IMG/VR virus record: IMGVR_UViG_3300032212_000032
Span: 1-44,413 of that record
DNA from: a virus
Taxonomy: Duplodnaviria; Caudoviricetes
DNA: 44,413 bases
Reading direction: 5' to 3' (one strand)
Position 1 is the first letter of the stretch; each line of letters starts with the position of its first letter. The position numbers were made by a program, and so were the translations under genes. Below, one piece after another: positions 27,518-36,299 of this stretch. A model generated the notes under the pieces. That model was not told where the DNA came from and did not search any database. It saw only the letters and a program-made list of their open reading frames with translations.

Positions 27518-29803
27518 ATGGGTTTCGGTGAAGATTTATTAGAGCAAAGTGCAAGTAGATTTGGTGATGAGCTATTAGCTGAGCCAACAACTGTTGAAAA
27601 ACCTAAGGAAGAGCTGTGGGAGCCTAAAGCACCTGTTGCTGTTCCAGATGACATAGAAAGATTTGGCGAAGAAGCGATGGCTGCTCCGGTTATTGGCGAA
27701 CCCACTAAAGCTCCGCAAACACCTCAGGAAGCAATGAGAGAATTCGCTATAGGCGATATCCAAGAGATGGAACAATTTGTTGAAAAAGCTGCAGAAGAAG
27801 TACAGCAGATTGCAGCCTATCCGTTTAGAGAAAAAGCAAGAAAGCAATTAGCTGCTACAGTAGAGAAGACTGCTGATGATATTGCTGCTGCTGGTTTAGG
27901 TGCTGCTGCAACTGCTGTAGGTTTTGCGCAGATACCTAATGATATCTTAGAGACGTTAGGAGTTGATACAGGAGATAATATAGCTAAACAAGCTATTACT
28001 GGGCTTAATCAGAAGATTAAAGAGTATGAAGACAAATACAATGTAGAAGGTGTTAGCTGGGCAGATGCTGGAAGATTCATTCCTACCTTAGCTAGTTTAG
28101 GTGTTAGTACTATGTCAAAAGCTATGGTTCCTGCTATTGAAGGTTTATTAGCTTATGGTGAACAGCGAGGAGTTGAAAAAGAAAAAACAGAGGCTGCCAT
28201 TACCGGACTACTAACTACAACAGGTGTCTTTGTGTTTGGAGCTGCTCTAGATGCATTACTTCCGCCTACAGCTAAGGCGGTGCATAACTATTTATTAAGT
28301 CATAATAAGATTGCTGATGATACTGCAGAAGTAATTTTTAAAGATTATCAAAAAGTAATGGATGTACCAGATACTTGGAGTAATAGAGCTAAAAGTATAG
28401 TTGAAGCTTTAGGTGAAGGTGGTAAAAGTATTAAACTACATGCAGCTGCTTCATCACCAGAAGTAGCTGAAGTTATTAAGTCAGAGATGCTACAACGCTC
28501 AGACTTGGTAAGAAGACTTGGTAATATCCCAAAACAAGTTAGAGGGCGCAAGTTAGATAAAGCTGATACTTTACTTGAATTTGTTAAGGCTCATAAGAAA
28601 GCTACGAATTCTATTCGCGGTGGGTTTACTCTTATGAAAGCTAGGTTTCCTAGTACTCCAATTAAAAATCTTTTTGTAGAAGATGCTTTAGATGCTACAT
28701 CAACTATTGTCACAAAGATAAATAAAGAAAGTGCTGAAAGTATGATATCTGCAACAGCACGAGAAAAGATTGGTGACGTAGTAACTACTACTAAGCAAGT
28801 AGCTGACGGGGCAGTTCAAAAAACAGTAAAAGAAACAACTAAACGTAAGTTGCATGTACCTGCGTTGGATGAGGCATTTGTAACTGATAGGTCAGAGTTA
28901 TTAAATATTCTTAAAGCTGAGGAGGTTTCACCTGCCAAGTTAATTGATGCTATGAAAGTAAATGGTAGACTAATTTTCGGTACTAAAAACTTTACCCAAA
29001 AGAATGCTTTACTAGCTTTACAAAAAGAGCTAGATAGTACATTAAAGCAAAGTGTTGACCCTAAGTTATATGACCATTATAAAGCGCTTAAAAAGCAATA
29101 TCACTATATGCTAAATGTAGAAAATCATACTATAGGTAAAGCACTAAAAGAAGTTCGTGAAGGCAGTGTTACACCATATCAAGCGTTTGAAAACCTAAGT
29201 ACTATTAGAAGTAGTGAAGGGAATCCCGGAAATATCTTTAAGCACTTAGAGAATATTGTAGGACCAGAGAAATCTGCTAACTTTGAAAAGATGGTTATTG
29301 GTGATGCTTTTACAAGAAGTACTTCAGAAGGTATTGGAGACTTTACTGACTTTGCTAAACTATCTGATATTATTAGTAGAAAGAACTTTGTATCTAAAGA
29401 AGGGAAAGCTACTCAAGAGCTAATGGATATTATGGAGTCTTCTTTTGCTACTGATAAATTATTAAAAGCTGTAGATTATAGAACATTACATGAGCTACCT
29501 ATTGGTGCAACTCTTACCGCTAAGATGAAATTCTGGCTAGTCCAACAAGTATGGCCAGCTATTAAGCAAAGATTTCCACTTAGTAAGACCTCTAAACACT
29601 TAGCTTATGAAAAGCAATTATTTAAAATATTAGGGAAACCTGGAAGTGTTAAGCAGATTCAAGAGGTATTATCAGAAATGCCTAGCTGGGAAAAAGAACT
29701 AATTGAGTCTAAAGCTGTTAAACAAGCTGGTGAGTGGATTAGGAAAGAAGAAGTTAAAAATGTAACTTCTAGAACTTTTGGAGTCGCAGCTACTAAAGAG
29801 TAG
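27518..29803 (+). CDS. Large internal virion/ejection protein
   Basis: 761 aa, helical, with Gly/Ala hydrophobic segments; last gene of the late module. Confidence 0.6.
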   Translation: MGFGEDLLEQSASRFGDELLAEPTTVEKPKEELWEPKAPVAVPDDIERFGEEAMAAPVIGEPTKAPQTPQEAMREFAIGDIQEMEQFVEKAAEEVQQIAAYPFREKARKQLAATVEKTADDIAAAGLGAAATAVGFAQIPNDILETLGVDTGDNIAKQAITGLNQKIKEYEDKYNVEGVSWADAGRFIPTLASLGVSTMSKAMVPAIEGLLAYGEQRGVEKEKTEAAITGLLTTTGVFVFGAALDALLPPTAKAVHNYLLSHNKIADDTAEVIFKDYQKVMDVPDTWSNRAKSIVEALGEGGKSIKLHAAASSPEVAEVIKSEMLQRSDLVRRLGNIPKQVRGRKLDKADTLLEFVKAHKKATNSIRGGFTLMKARFPSTPIKNLFVEDALDATSTIVTKINKESAESMISATAREKIGDVVTTTKQVADGAVQKTVKETTKRKLHVPALDEAFVTDRSELLNILKAEEVSPAKLIDAMKVNGRLIFGTKNFTQKNALLALQKELDSTLKQSVDPKLYDHYKALKKQYHYMLNVENHTIGKALKEVREGSVTPYQAFENLSTIRSSEGNPGNIFKHLENIVGPEKSANFEKMVIGDAFTRSTSEGIGDFTDFAKLSDIISRKNFVSKEGKATQELMDIMESSFATDKLLKAVDYRTLHELPIGATLTAKMKFWLVQQVWPAIKQRFPLSKTSKHLAYEKQLFKILGKPGSVKQIQEVLSEMPSWEKELIESKAVKQAGEWIRKEEVKNVTSRTFGVAATKE

Positions 29804-30989
29804 TTGCGAGATAGGTAGAGTTATTAAAGTCCTCCTTCTTTGATACCTTCTTATAGACTTGGTCAGAAATAGCCCCTTTAACAAGAATATGATGTACTGT
29901 TAAAGTATTACTCCCCTCAGTATTAATTATTCTATCGCGGCGTTGAATAAACTTAGCACCAGAATAACCACTAGACATAATAACAAAATTAGCCAAGTGA
30001 GATAAATCAACACCTTCCGCATGAGCAGTAGAGCTATATATCTTAGCTTTCTTAAAATGCCTTTCCAAAAGTTTACGCTCACCAATAAAGTGGCACATAA
30101 TACCAGTAGTTTCTTCATCTCCGAAAGTCTCCTTTATATACTTTAGTTTTTCGGTATTACCTAGTTCTAGATAAGTATCATCAATCTTAGCAATCCCAGA
30201 CTCTAGCATATGCAAACTAGTGCGTAACTTCATGACTGTATCGCATATCAGTGGGTCATCATAGTGGTCAAAACAAACTATTTTATCTTTTGTTAACTCA
30301 TTATAAATGCTCTTAGTTTTAGCATCTAAGCTAATATAATGTAGCTTATCAACAGCTTGCATCTCTTTATCTATGCCTGCATCCTCTTGTGTCATATAAA
30401 TGGTAAACTCATTAATCTTGGCTAATAGCTCAGGCTTTGCTCTGTCATACTGGGCAATATCTCTACCAGCTGCTTTAATATAATACTTATCTCCATAAAG
30501 TCTATGGAAGTCATAGAAGTTCTTCATCTTAAATGGAGAAAATTTAGAGATAGCCATTTGGTGATAAATACCGCAAGGACTTTCAACAATAGCAGTACCA
30601 CTAAGATGAATATGCGGAAGATTCCAGCATAGCCTCTTAATAGTTTTAATACGTTGGGAAGGCTTACCAAGAGTTCCTAGGTTATGTGACTCATCAATAA
30701 TTACAAAGTCATAGTCACTCGCGTTGAGCTTATGTGCCTGTTCATAGTTAGTAATATAATAACTATGTTTTAACTCCATACCTTTAGTAAACTTTTCCCA
30801 ACCTGGGATAGCAGTCTTCTTAGTTAAAACCAATACTGAAGAAATTTTATCAGACTTCTCAGCTGTTAAGATAGCTGTTAAAGTCTTACCACTTCTAGGC
30901 TTACCAGCTAAATAAGCATAACCTTTCACTTTCATCAAAGCATAAAGCTTCTCTGAAAATGCTACTTGGTGTGGCTTTGGAACTATCAT
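29793..30989 (-). CDS. SF2 (SNF2-like) helicase
   Basis: PRSGKT, IIDESH, LSGT, EGVDL and QRRDRI motifs. Confidence 0.85.
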   Translation of the reverse strand: MIVPKPHQVAFSEKLYALMKVKGYAYLAGKPRSGKTLTAILTAEKSDKISSVLVLTKKTAIPGWEKFTKGMELKHSYYITNYEQAHKLNASDYDFVIIDESHNLGTLGKPSQRIKTIKRLCWNLPHIHLSGTAIVESPCGIYHQMAISKFSPFKMKNFYDFHRLYGDKYYIKAAGRDIAQYDRAKPELLAKINEFTIYMTQEDAGIDKEMQAVDKLHYISLDAKTKSIYNELTKDKIVCFDHYDDPLICDTVMKLRTSLHMLESGIAKIDDTYLELGNTEKLKYIKETFGDEETTGIMCHFIGERKLLERHFKKAKIYSSTAHAEGVDLSHLANFVIMSSGYSGAKFIQRRDRIINTEGSNTLTVHHILVKGAISDQVYKKVSKKEDFNNSTYLATTL

Positions 30990-31198
30990 AACTCATCAAC
31001 CTGTTTCTGTAGTTCTTGAATATAGGCGCGCAAACCCAACTGAATTTGCTCGGCTACGCCTGCCTCTTGGCCTTTATTATAGTTCACTTTTAAAGTGAAA
31101 GGTTCTATAGTAGTAATGATAGTGGAGTCATTATCCATATCCCATTCCTTAATAGTTTGAAGGCTATGGTGGATTACATCAGTTGTGAGCAAGTTCAT
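30986..31198 (-). CDS. Hypothetical protein
   Basis: Packed ORF with AAGGA RBS. Confidence 0.6.
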   Translation of the reverse strand: MNLLTTDVIHHSLQTIKEWDMDNDSTIITTIEPFTLKVNYNKGQEAGVAEQIQLGLRAYIQELQKQVDEL

Positions 31199-31475
31199 CT
31201 AAATCCTTTAATAACTGCTTAACTTGAGCGACGTCCCAAGCTACAATAGCTAAGCCTCCAGCATCAACTATTTTGTCGATGTTATATTGCTGAAGCTTAG
31301 AAACATTATCTTTCCGGTCTGGGTGTTTAACCTCAATACCAAAGAACTGGCCTCTATAACAACCTATGATATCAGGAACACCTGCATGACTGGTTGCTAT
31401 AGTCTTAATAATATAAGCTTCCTCTCTTTCAAGATAAGTCTTAATCTTCTTTTGAATCTGAGCTTCAGTTGCCAT
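31179..31475 (-). CDS. VRR-NUC domain nuclease / Holliday junction resolvase
   Basis: TEAQIQ..I, GVPDI, FFGIEVK and SKLQ motifs; start at MATEAQ. Confidence 0.88.
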   Translation of the reverse strand: MATEAQIQKKIKTYLEREEAYIIKTIATSHAGVPDIIGCYRGQFFGIEVKHPDRKDNVSKLQQYNIDKIVDAGGLAIVAWDVAQVKQLLKDLDELAHN

Positions 31476-31477
31476 AA

Positions 31478-31717
31478 TTATGCCCAACTATCACAAGTGT
31501 CATCAGACTCAACATACTTATGATGTAGACCAGGACCAATGCAGCGTAGTCCTTTTGCTTTTATAGCGCTATGCTGGCAATTCCCACAAATCTTGGTCTG
31601 CTCTGGTTTACTCATGTCTGCTACCATTTTCTCATCTTTAGCCTCTTTAAAGGCAATATTCATTGCGCTTTCCTTATTTGGTTTCTTCCTAAAGAATTTC
31701 TTTATTTGCTGTAACAT
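31478..31717 (-). CDS. Small Cys-rich hypothetical protein
   Basis: CGNCQH...C...TCDSW. Confidence 0.6.
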   Translation of the reverse strand: MLQQIKKFFRKKPNKESAMNIAFKEAKDEKMVADMSKPEQTKICGNCQHSAIKAKGLRCIGPGLHHKYVESDDTCDSWA

Positions 31718-32604
31718 TAGTCAATCTCCTCGATTGTTTTATCTTCTCTTTTACATAAGAAGGTTGGTTGGATATATGTCGCCATAATCTGTTCATACTC
31801 AATCTCAATAACTTGACTTAAGAAGTAATCATCACTATAACTCCGCATTCCATCAGTTAGCCCAGAACCTACACTTACTCTACGCCCTCTGCTATCTTGT
31901 AATAGTAATGCACCAATCATACCAGTATATTTACCCTCCCCAGGCTCCACAGCAATACATTTTAAGTCCGCAGTTTTACGATATTTAAGCTTAACACAAT
32001 AGTTAACTCTTTTACCTAGCTGATAAGTTGCATGTGGTCTATGAAGCATTATGCCTTCCCAACCATTATTAACAAGAGTTTTAGCATACTGAATAGCTTC
32101 TTTACCAGTCATTGATTGTGGTCTAATTACTTTAATATTAGGTACATTAGCTAATGACATAGCAGCTAAGCTAATTCTACTTTCATAAACTGTAGTTACC
32201 ATTAGCTGTCTTTCAATAATATCCAAGAAGTCAAAGATTCTAATATTAGCTTTACGCTCATCTAATATATTGTTATCAATAGATTTCTTAAAATTGGTTC
32301 GATATGTAGTTAAGATTGCAGACTTTGGCCTATCACCTAACTTACCTTCACAATCATGCATAAACTCACCAATAGCTATATAGCTACCTGTTGTCATGCG
32401 ACGTAAATTACTAGCTACCTCAGCTATATAGAACGGTTTCCAGTCAGATGTATAGAAACTAACCTCACTGCCTTCTTTAACAATAAAGATTTGGTTACCG
32501 TCAAACTTAGTACCAACTAAGAAAGTATCAGTATCAAATGTGTCTAATGTTTTCTTAGGGAGCTTATCAAAAGCTTTCCCTTTCTGTGGTTTAAGCGCAT
32601 TCAT
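31717..32604 (-). CDS. lig: ATP-dependent DNA ligase
   Basis: TKFDG, GEF, IFDFL, EGIML, KLK and GSG OB-fold motifs; start at MNALKPQ. Confidence 0.9.
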   Translation of the reverse strand: MNALKPQKGKAFDKLPKKTLDTFDTDTFLVGTKFDGNQIFIVKEGSEVSFYTSDWKPFYIAEVASNLRRMTTGSYIAIGEFMHDCEGKLGDRPKSAILTTYRTNFKKSIDNNILDERKANIRIFDFLDIIERQLMVTTVYESRISLAAMSLANVPNIKVIRPQSMTGKEAIQYAKTLVNNGWEGIMLHRPHATYQLGKRVNYCVKLKYRKTADLKCIAVEPGEGKYTGMIGALLLQDSRGRRVSVGSGLTDGMRSYSDDYFLSQVIEIEYEQIMATYIQPTFLCKREDKTIEEID

Positions 32605-33154
32605 CAATAGCTCTTTGCAGCTCTGCAATAGGCTTACCCATAAAATGCTGTATAGTATAAGTTTGTTGTAGAGTATTATCATGATAAAAACTTAGCTTTT
32701 CTACTGTCCCGTCGCTTAAGAGCACACAAACTTCTACAGTATGGTCAAAATCAGCCTGCTGAACATTCATTTCAACAATATGAGGCTCTGGACTTTGTTG
32801 TTTCTCAAACTCAATCTTTTGCTGTGCATAGGTAGGGTCTGTAGACTTAATGAAATTGCCATTAGCATTTAAGAACCCTTGACGGTCTTTAATGTCATGA
32901 TAAGCATGTGACCAGCATTCACTTAATGTAAGGCCCTCAAGATTAGCTAAATTGGTTAATACAACTAAGCAGTCACCAATATCATCTTTAATACATAAGC
33001 CTTTAGCTACATTATCTTGCAACTCGCCTACCTCTGAACCTAGTTTTAAGGCTTGAGTAATTGACTTACCGTTAGTTAAAATACCTCTATCATGAGACCA
33101 CTCTAAAGTCTTCTCGTGACACTGCTCTAAACTATATTGTTTAACTTGCCCCAT
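32591..33154 (-). CDS. mazG: MazG-like nucleotide pyrophosphohydrolase with C-terminal extension
   Basis: W..DRGI...Q.LKL.SEVGEL and DDIGD..VVL; AY..IKDR.G. Confidence 0.85.
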   Translation of the reverse strand: MGQVKQYSLEQCHEKTLEWSHDRGILTNGKSITQALKLGSEVGELQDNVAKGLCIKDDIGDCLVVLTNLANLEGLTLSECWSHAYHDIKDRQGFLNANGNFIKSTDPTYAQQKIEFEKQQSPEPHIVEMNVQQADFDHTVEVCVLLSDGTVEKLSFYHDNTLQQTYTIQHFMGKPIAELQRAIDECA

Positions 33155-33371
33155 TGTTTTTTCCTATTTCGTATTCTAAACTTTCTTTACTAAATGGGTG
33201 TAATACTACCCCATCAACTTTTAATGCAATCATAGCTATCTCAATACTAGGATTACTACCGTTTTTATAGGCTGTTACCATACTAGTACCAACTCCTAAA
33301 TGGTTCGCAATATCTTGCTGCTTTTCGAATTTCTCTTTTAAGTCAGCTACATGCTCTTTCATAAGTAACAT
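33141..33371 (-). CDS. Cro/XRE-like HTH protein
   Basis: QQDIANHLGVGTSMVTAYKNG.NPS. Confidence 0.75.
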   Translation of the reverse strand: MLLMKEHVADLKEKFEKQQDIANHLGVGTSMVTAYKNGSNPSIEIAMIALKVDGVVLHPFSKESLEYEIGKNNGAS

Positions 33372-33459
33372 CTATACCCTTTATAAGTTTTTGTTATAAC
33401 TCCATACGACTCCGATATGGGCTTTTATCATTGATTAATATAAATCATCAAATAAGTTT

Positions 33460-33489
33460 TTAAAAGTCCATATAGGCTAAGTATGGACT
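33460..33489 (-). terminator. Hairpin/possible terminator after the deaminase fusion gene
   Basis: Minus strand AGTCCATA-N9-TATGGACT followed by TTT. Confidence 0.45.
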
Positions 33490-34088
33490 CAGTTTTTCAC
33501 ATCTAACGCAATTAAAAATGCGATATTAGTTAACGCGTGTTCTAAGTGAGGCAACTTAGATTCTTCATCAAATTGCTCACCAGCTCTCCATGCCTCAAGA
33601 TGTCTATATAAGGCATCAACATATCTGGCAGTGTCATTGACTTCCCTCCAATTGTTTGGTTTATATTTCTTAGCTCCATATGTTAATACACTAGCTAATG
33701 CTTTAGTAGCTTCTGGAGGAATAAGAGAGTATCTAAGCTTACCCGTATCGAACTTCATGAATTGTTCTGAGATAACTACCTCATAGCCATACTTGTCGAT
33801 TTCAGCTTGGCAGCCCTTGCATGGCTGATGTGTAACATAGATGGTAGTTCCCGAGAGACTTGCTTCTCTAGCACTAAGAATAGCATCAATCTCTGCATGA
33901 ACTACGGTATCAGTAGTATTACCTTCCTCATCTTCGCAAGGCCTACCTTCTTTACAGTGATTCCGCCCTTCGCTAAGTATAGTCCCTACTTTATCAACTA
34001 TAATAGCTGCTACTTTACGCTTATTACAAGGACTGGATACTAATAGTTCTTGTAATCGCTTTTGTATTTTTTCTGGTACCTTATTCAT
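33489..34088 (-). CDS. dCMP deaminase fused to DUF5664 (dATP/dGTP diphosphohydrolase-like) domain
   Basis: HAE and PCKGC deaminase motifs; KFDTGKLRYSLIP...GAKKY..NNW...RH...D.ES.LPHL.HA DUF5664 motifs. Confidence 0.85.
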   Translation of the reverse strand: MNKVPEKIQKRLQELLVSSPCNKRKVAAIIVDKVGTILSEGRNHCKEGRPCEDEEGNTTDTVVHAEIDAILSAREASLSGTTIYVTHQPCKGCQAEIDKYGYEVVISEQFMKFDTGKLRYSLIPPEATKALASVLTYGAKKYKPNNWREVNDTARYVDALYRHLEAWRAGEQFDEESKLPHLEHALTNIAFLIALDVKN

Positions 34089-34443
34089 GTGTATACATCT
34101 CCAATCCTTCTGTCTGTACTACTTGGTCGAATTCACTTAAATCAAAGCGTTTACCTCGATGTAAATTCTTAATACTACGAGAAACTATAAGTAAATCTGG
34201 TTTAACTTTAAACGTATCAATCCCGAAGTTAACATCATATTCTGCTTTAGTATCTGTAGTAAACTGCGCTATTGAAAGCATGCTTTTAGGCAATGTAGCT
34301 AGTGTAGTATAGCTACATAAAACTCTCTTACCTTTAATAACTTTAGTAATAAACTCTTTATCCCATAGTGGGCGTCTAGGTAAAGTACCAAACTCACTTA
34401 GATAAAACCCGTCCGCACTTAGCAAAACTAATCCAATTGTCAT
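34081..34443 (-). CDS. Short, divergent dihydrofolate reductase-like protein
   Basis: GTLP....D..F.....GK.V....T..TLP follows the DHFR N-terminus; adjacent to the ThyA-like gene. Confidence 0.55.
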   Translation of the reverse strand: MTIGLVLLSADGFYLSEFGTLPRRPLWDKEFITKVIKGKRVLCSYTTLATLPKSMLSIAQFTTDTKAEYDVNFGIDTFKVKPDLLIVSRSIKNLHRGKRFDLSEFDQVVQTEGLEMYTHE

Positions 34444-35231
34444 GATTTTAACTCGAACTTAATTGCATCAGCATGCTTGTAATCTCTAATAGAGATATCA
34501 GCTGGAATAAAGCCTGTAACAGTCATCTTATCATTATAGCTATAAGTAGGGAGGGCTTTAATAGGACGTCGAAGATATTCTGTCGTATTCTCAAAGTGCT
34601 CTTCATAGATATGGGTATCTCCAAAAACCATTGTTACTTTACCAGGCACTAATCCTGCTTCAGCAGCCATAGCTATATTCCATGTAGCCGCTAAGATAAT
34701 ATCAGCAGGAACACCAATCATTAGGTCAGCACTTCGCTGATTCCATAACATCTCTAGCTTGCCATCATTAACATACCATTGATATGAATAGTGGCAACAA
34801 GGTAAGTCTAAGTTAGCTAAGTTGGTAGGATTCCATCCAATGATTAACATACGTCGGTCATTAGGGTTTAGAATTAAAGTATCAATAACATTTTTGATTT
34901 GATTAACACCATGAAAATCTAACCAAGCATTACCATAATCCACATTAATACTACCATCATCTTTAGCCCATTGCTTCCAATAATTACAACCAAATTCTTC
35001 AAAGTCTTTTAAAGTCTTAGGGCCACGAACCATAGCCGCGAACTCACCCATAACACCTTTATAAAACATTTTCCTACTTGTGAGTAATGGAAAACCTTCC
35101 TGTAAATCAAAGCTTAATGCTTGGCCAAAGACCGACCTAGTAATGCCATTACGACCTAGTTTATCTACACCATTATCTAGCACATGTTGAACTAATGTTT
35201 TATAGTCTTTTTCAATTTTATTCATTTTCAT
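34440..35231 (-). CDS. thyA: Thymidylate synthase family protein with Asp at the Asn177 position (possible dCMP methylase)
   Basis: FPLLT, DRR, LPCCH, QRSAD and GDTHIY motifs; GVPADI instead of GLPFNI. Confidence 0.9.
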   Translation of the reverse strand: MKMNKIEKDYKTLVQHVLDNGVDKLGRNGITRSVFGQALSFDLQEGFPLLTSRKMFYKGVMGEFAAMVRGPKTLKDFEEFGCNYWKQWAKDDGSINVDYGNAWLDFHGVNQIKNVIDTLILNPNDRRMLIIGWNPTNLANLDLPCCHYSYQWYVNDGKLEMLWNQRSADLMIGVPADIILAATWNIAMAAEAGLVPGKVTMVFGDTHIYEEHFENTTEYLRRPIKALPTYSYNDKMTVTGFIPADISIRDYKHADAIKFELKS

Positions 35232-36117
35232 CTCTTTCTAGCGGTTGCCATAATTTAATAGTTAATCCATCAGCATCAACTAAGCAATGCATATTAACTA
35301 ATTGCATAGTTAAGATTGCGGCCTCTTCTGTTTGCCCTTTACTTTCCCAAGCTCTAACAACACCGTCCCATAGCTCTTCATGAGTCATTGCATCATTCAC
35401 AAACTTAATAGCTTTCTTGGGACCAATACCATTACAACCAGGAATATTATCAGATTTATCGCCGAGTATACATTGCATATATGGCCACATTCTTGCTTCA
35501 CCTTCAGTAACTTCCATAAATGCCATATCTTTATTGAAATGCCGAGACTCATAGTAGTTAAAGTGCTTACCTGGAATACATTTAAGAACATCTTTATCAA
35601 TAGCACATAAGATGTATTTCTCTGGTTCTTGAGTCTTCTTATAAACTACAATATCGTCAGCTTCCCATTTAGTTGACATAGAACCAGAATAGCGTTCCAT
35701 AAGAGCTTCCTTAACAGCTAATAAACCTGCTGGAGTTCTTTGGGCTTTATCCCCAGTTCTATTAGCTTTGTAATCAGGAAAGATTGCATACCTAAAGTTC
35801 TCTCGGCCGCTAGTGAAATGTAGTTCAGCTGATAAGCACCCCGTACGGTCAAGAATACGTTTAATCTTCTCTTCAGCAATATCAAGAGCTGACATAATAT
35901 CAATTACCCATACTACTTCATGCTCTTGAGTTTCTTCATTAAATTCAGTAGTTTCTTCCTCAGCTGAGAGGCATGAAGTAAAAGCAACAGTATCTGCATC
36001 AATTAGTGCAATCTTATTGTTTTTCTCTGGAAGTACTTCACCACCAAAGCCTAACTCTAAATCTACCATTTCACCTAAATCGTCAATCCCTTCAATCTCA
36101 TCAATGTTATCCGACAT
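35218..36117 (-). CDS. 5'-3' exonuclease (T7 gp6/FEN-like)
   Basis: LIDAD, NFR, YKANR, EADD, DKD and GDKSDNIPG..GIG motifs; start at MSDNID. Confidence 0.9.
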   Translation of the reverse strand: MSDNIDEIEGIDDLGEMVDLELGFGGEVLPEKNNKIALIDADTVAFTSCLSAEEETTEFNEETQEHEVVWVIDIMSALDIAEEKIKRILDRTGCLSAELHFTSGRENFRYAIFPDYKANRTGDKAQRTPAGLLAVKEALMERYSGSMSTKWEADDIVVYKKTQEPEKYILCAIDKDVLKCIPGKHFNYYESRHFNKDMAFMEVTEGEARMWPYMQCILGDKSDNIPGCNGIGPKKAIKFVNDAMTHEELWDGVVRAWESKGQTEEAAILTMQLVNMHCLVDADGLTIKLWQPLERDENE

Positions 36118-36289
36118 CTTCAACTCCAAAGTCTTCATAGAGTCTTTCCATAATACTAACGTAGGTTTCATATTGTAAATTATTACCTAAGTCAATAGCA
36201 GTGTCTAAAGCTGTATCTAAATCTACGGATAGGTCTTGGTGCTCATTTTTAAAGTCATTTATTACTTCTAAAAATTCTATTGTTGTCAT
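36107..36289 (-). CDS. Small acidic hypothetical protein
   Basis: AAGGA RBS before MTTIEF. Confidence 0.6.
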   Translation of the reverse strand: MTTIEFLEVINDFKNEHQDLSVDLDTALDTAIDLGNNLQYETYVSIMERLYEDFGVEDVG

Positions 36290-36299
36290 AATTTTGTCC

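Noticed and set aside
33141-33371. Lysogeny repressor implying a temperate lifestyle
   Set aside because: Lone Cro-like HTH within the replication operon; no integrase, partition genes or divergent cI/cro switch.
33489-34088. 2-aminoadenine (Z) genome pathway suggested by DUF5664 and MazG
   Set aside because: No PurZ/adenylosuccinate synthetase homolog or HD-domain dATPase in an apparently complete genome.
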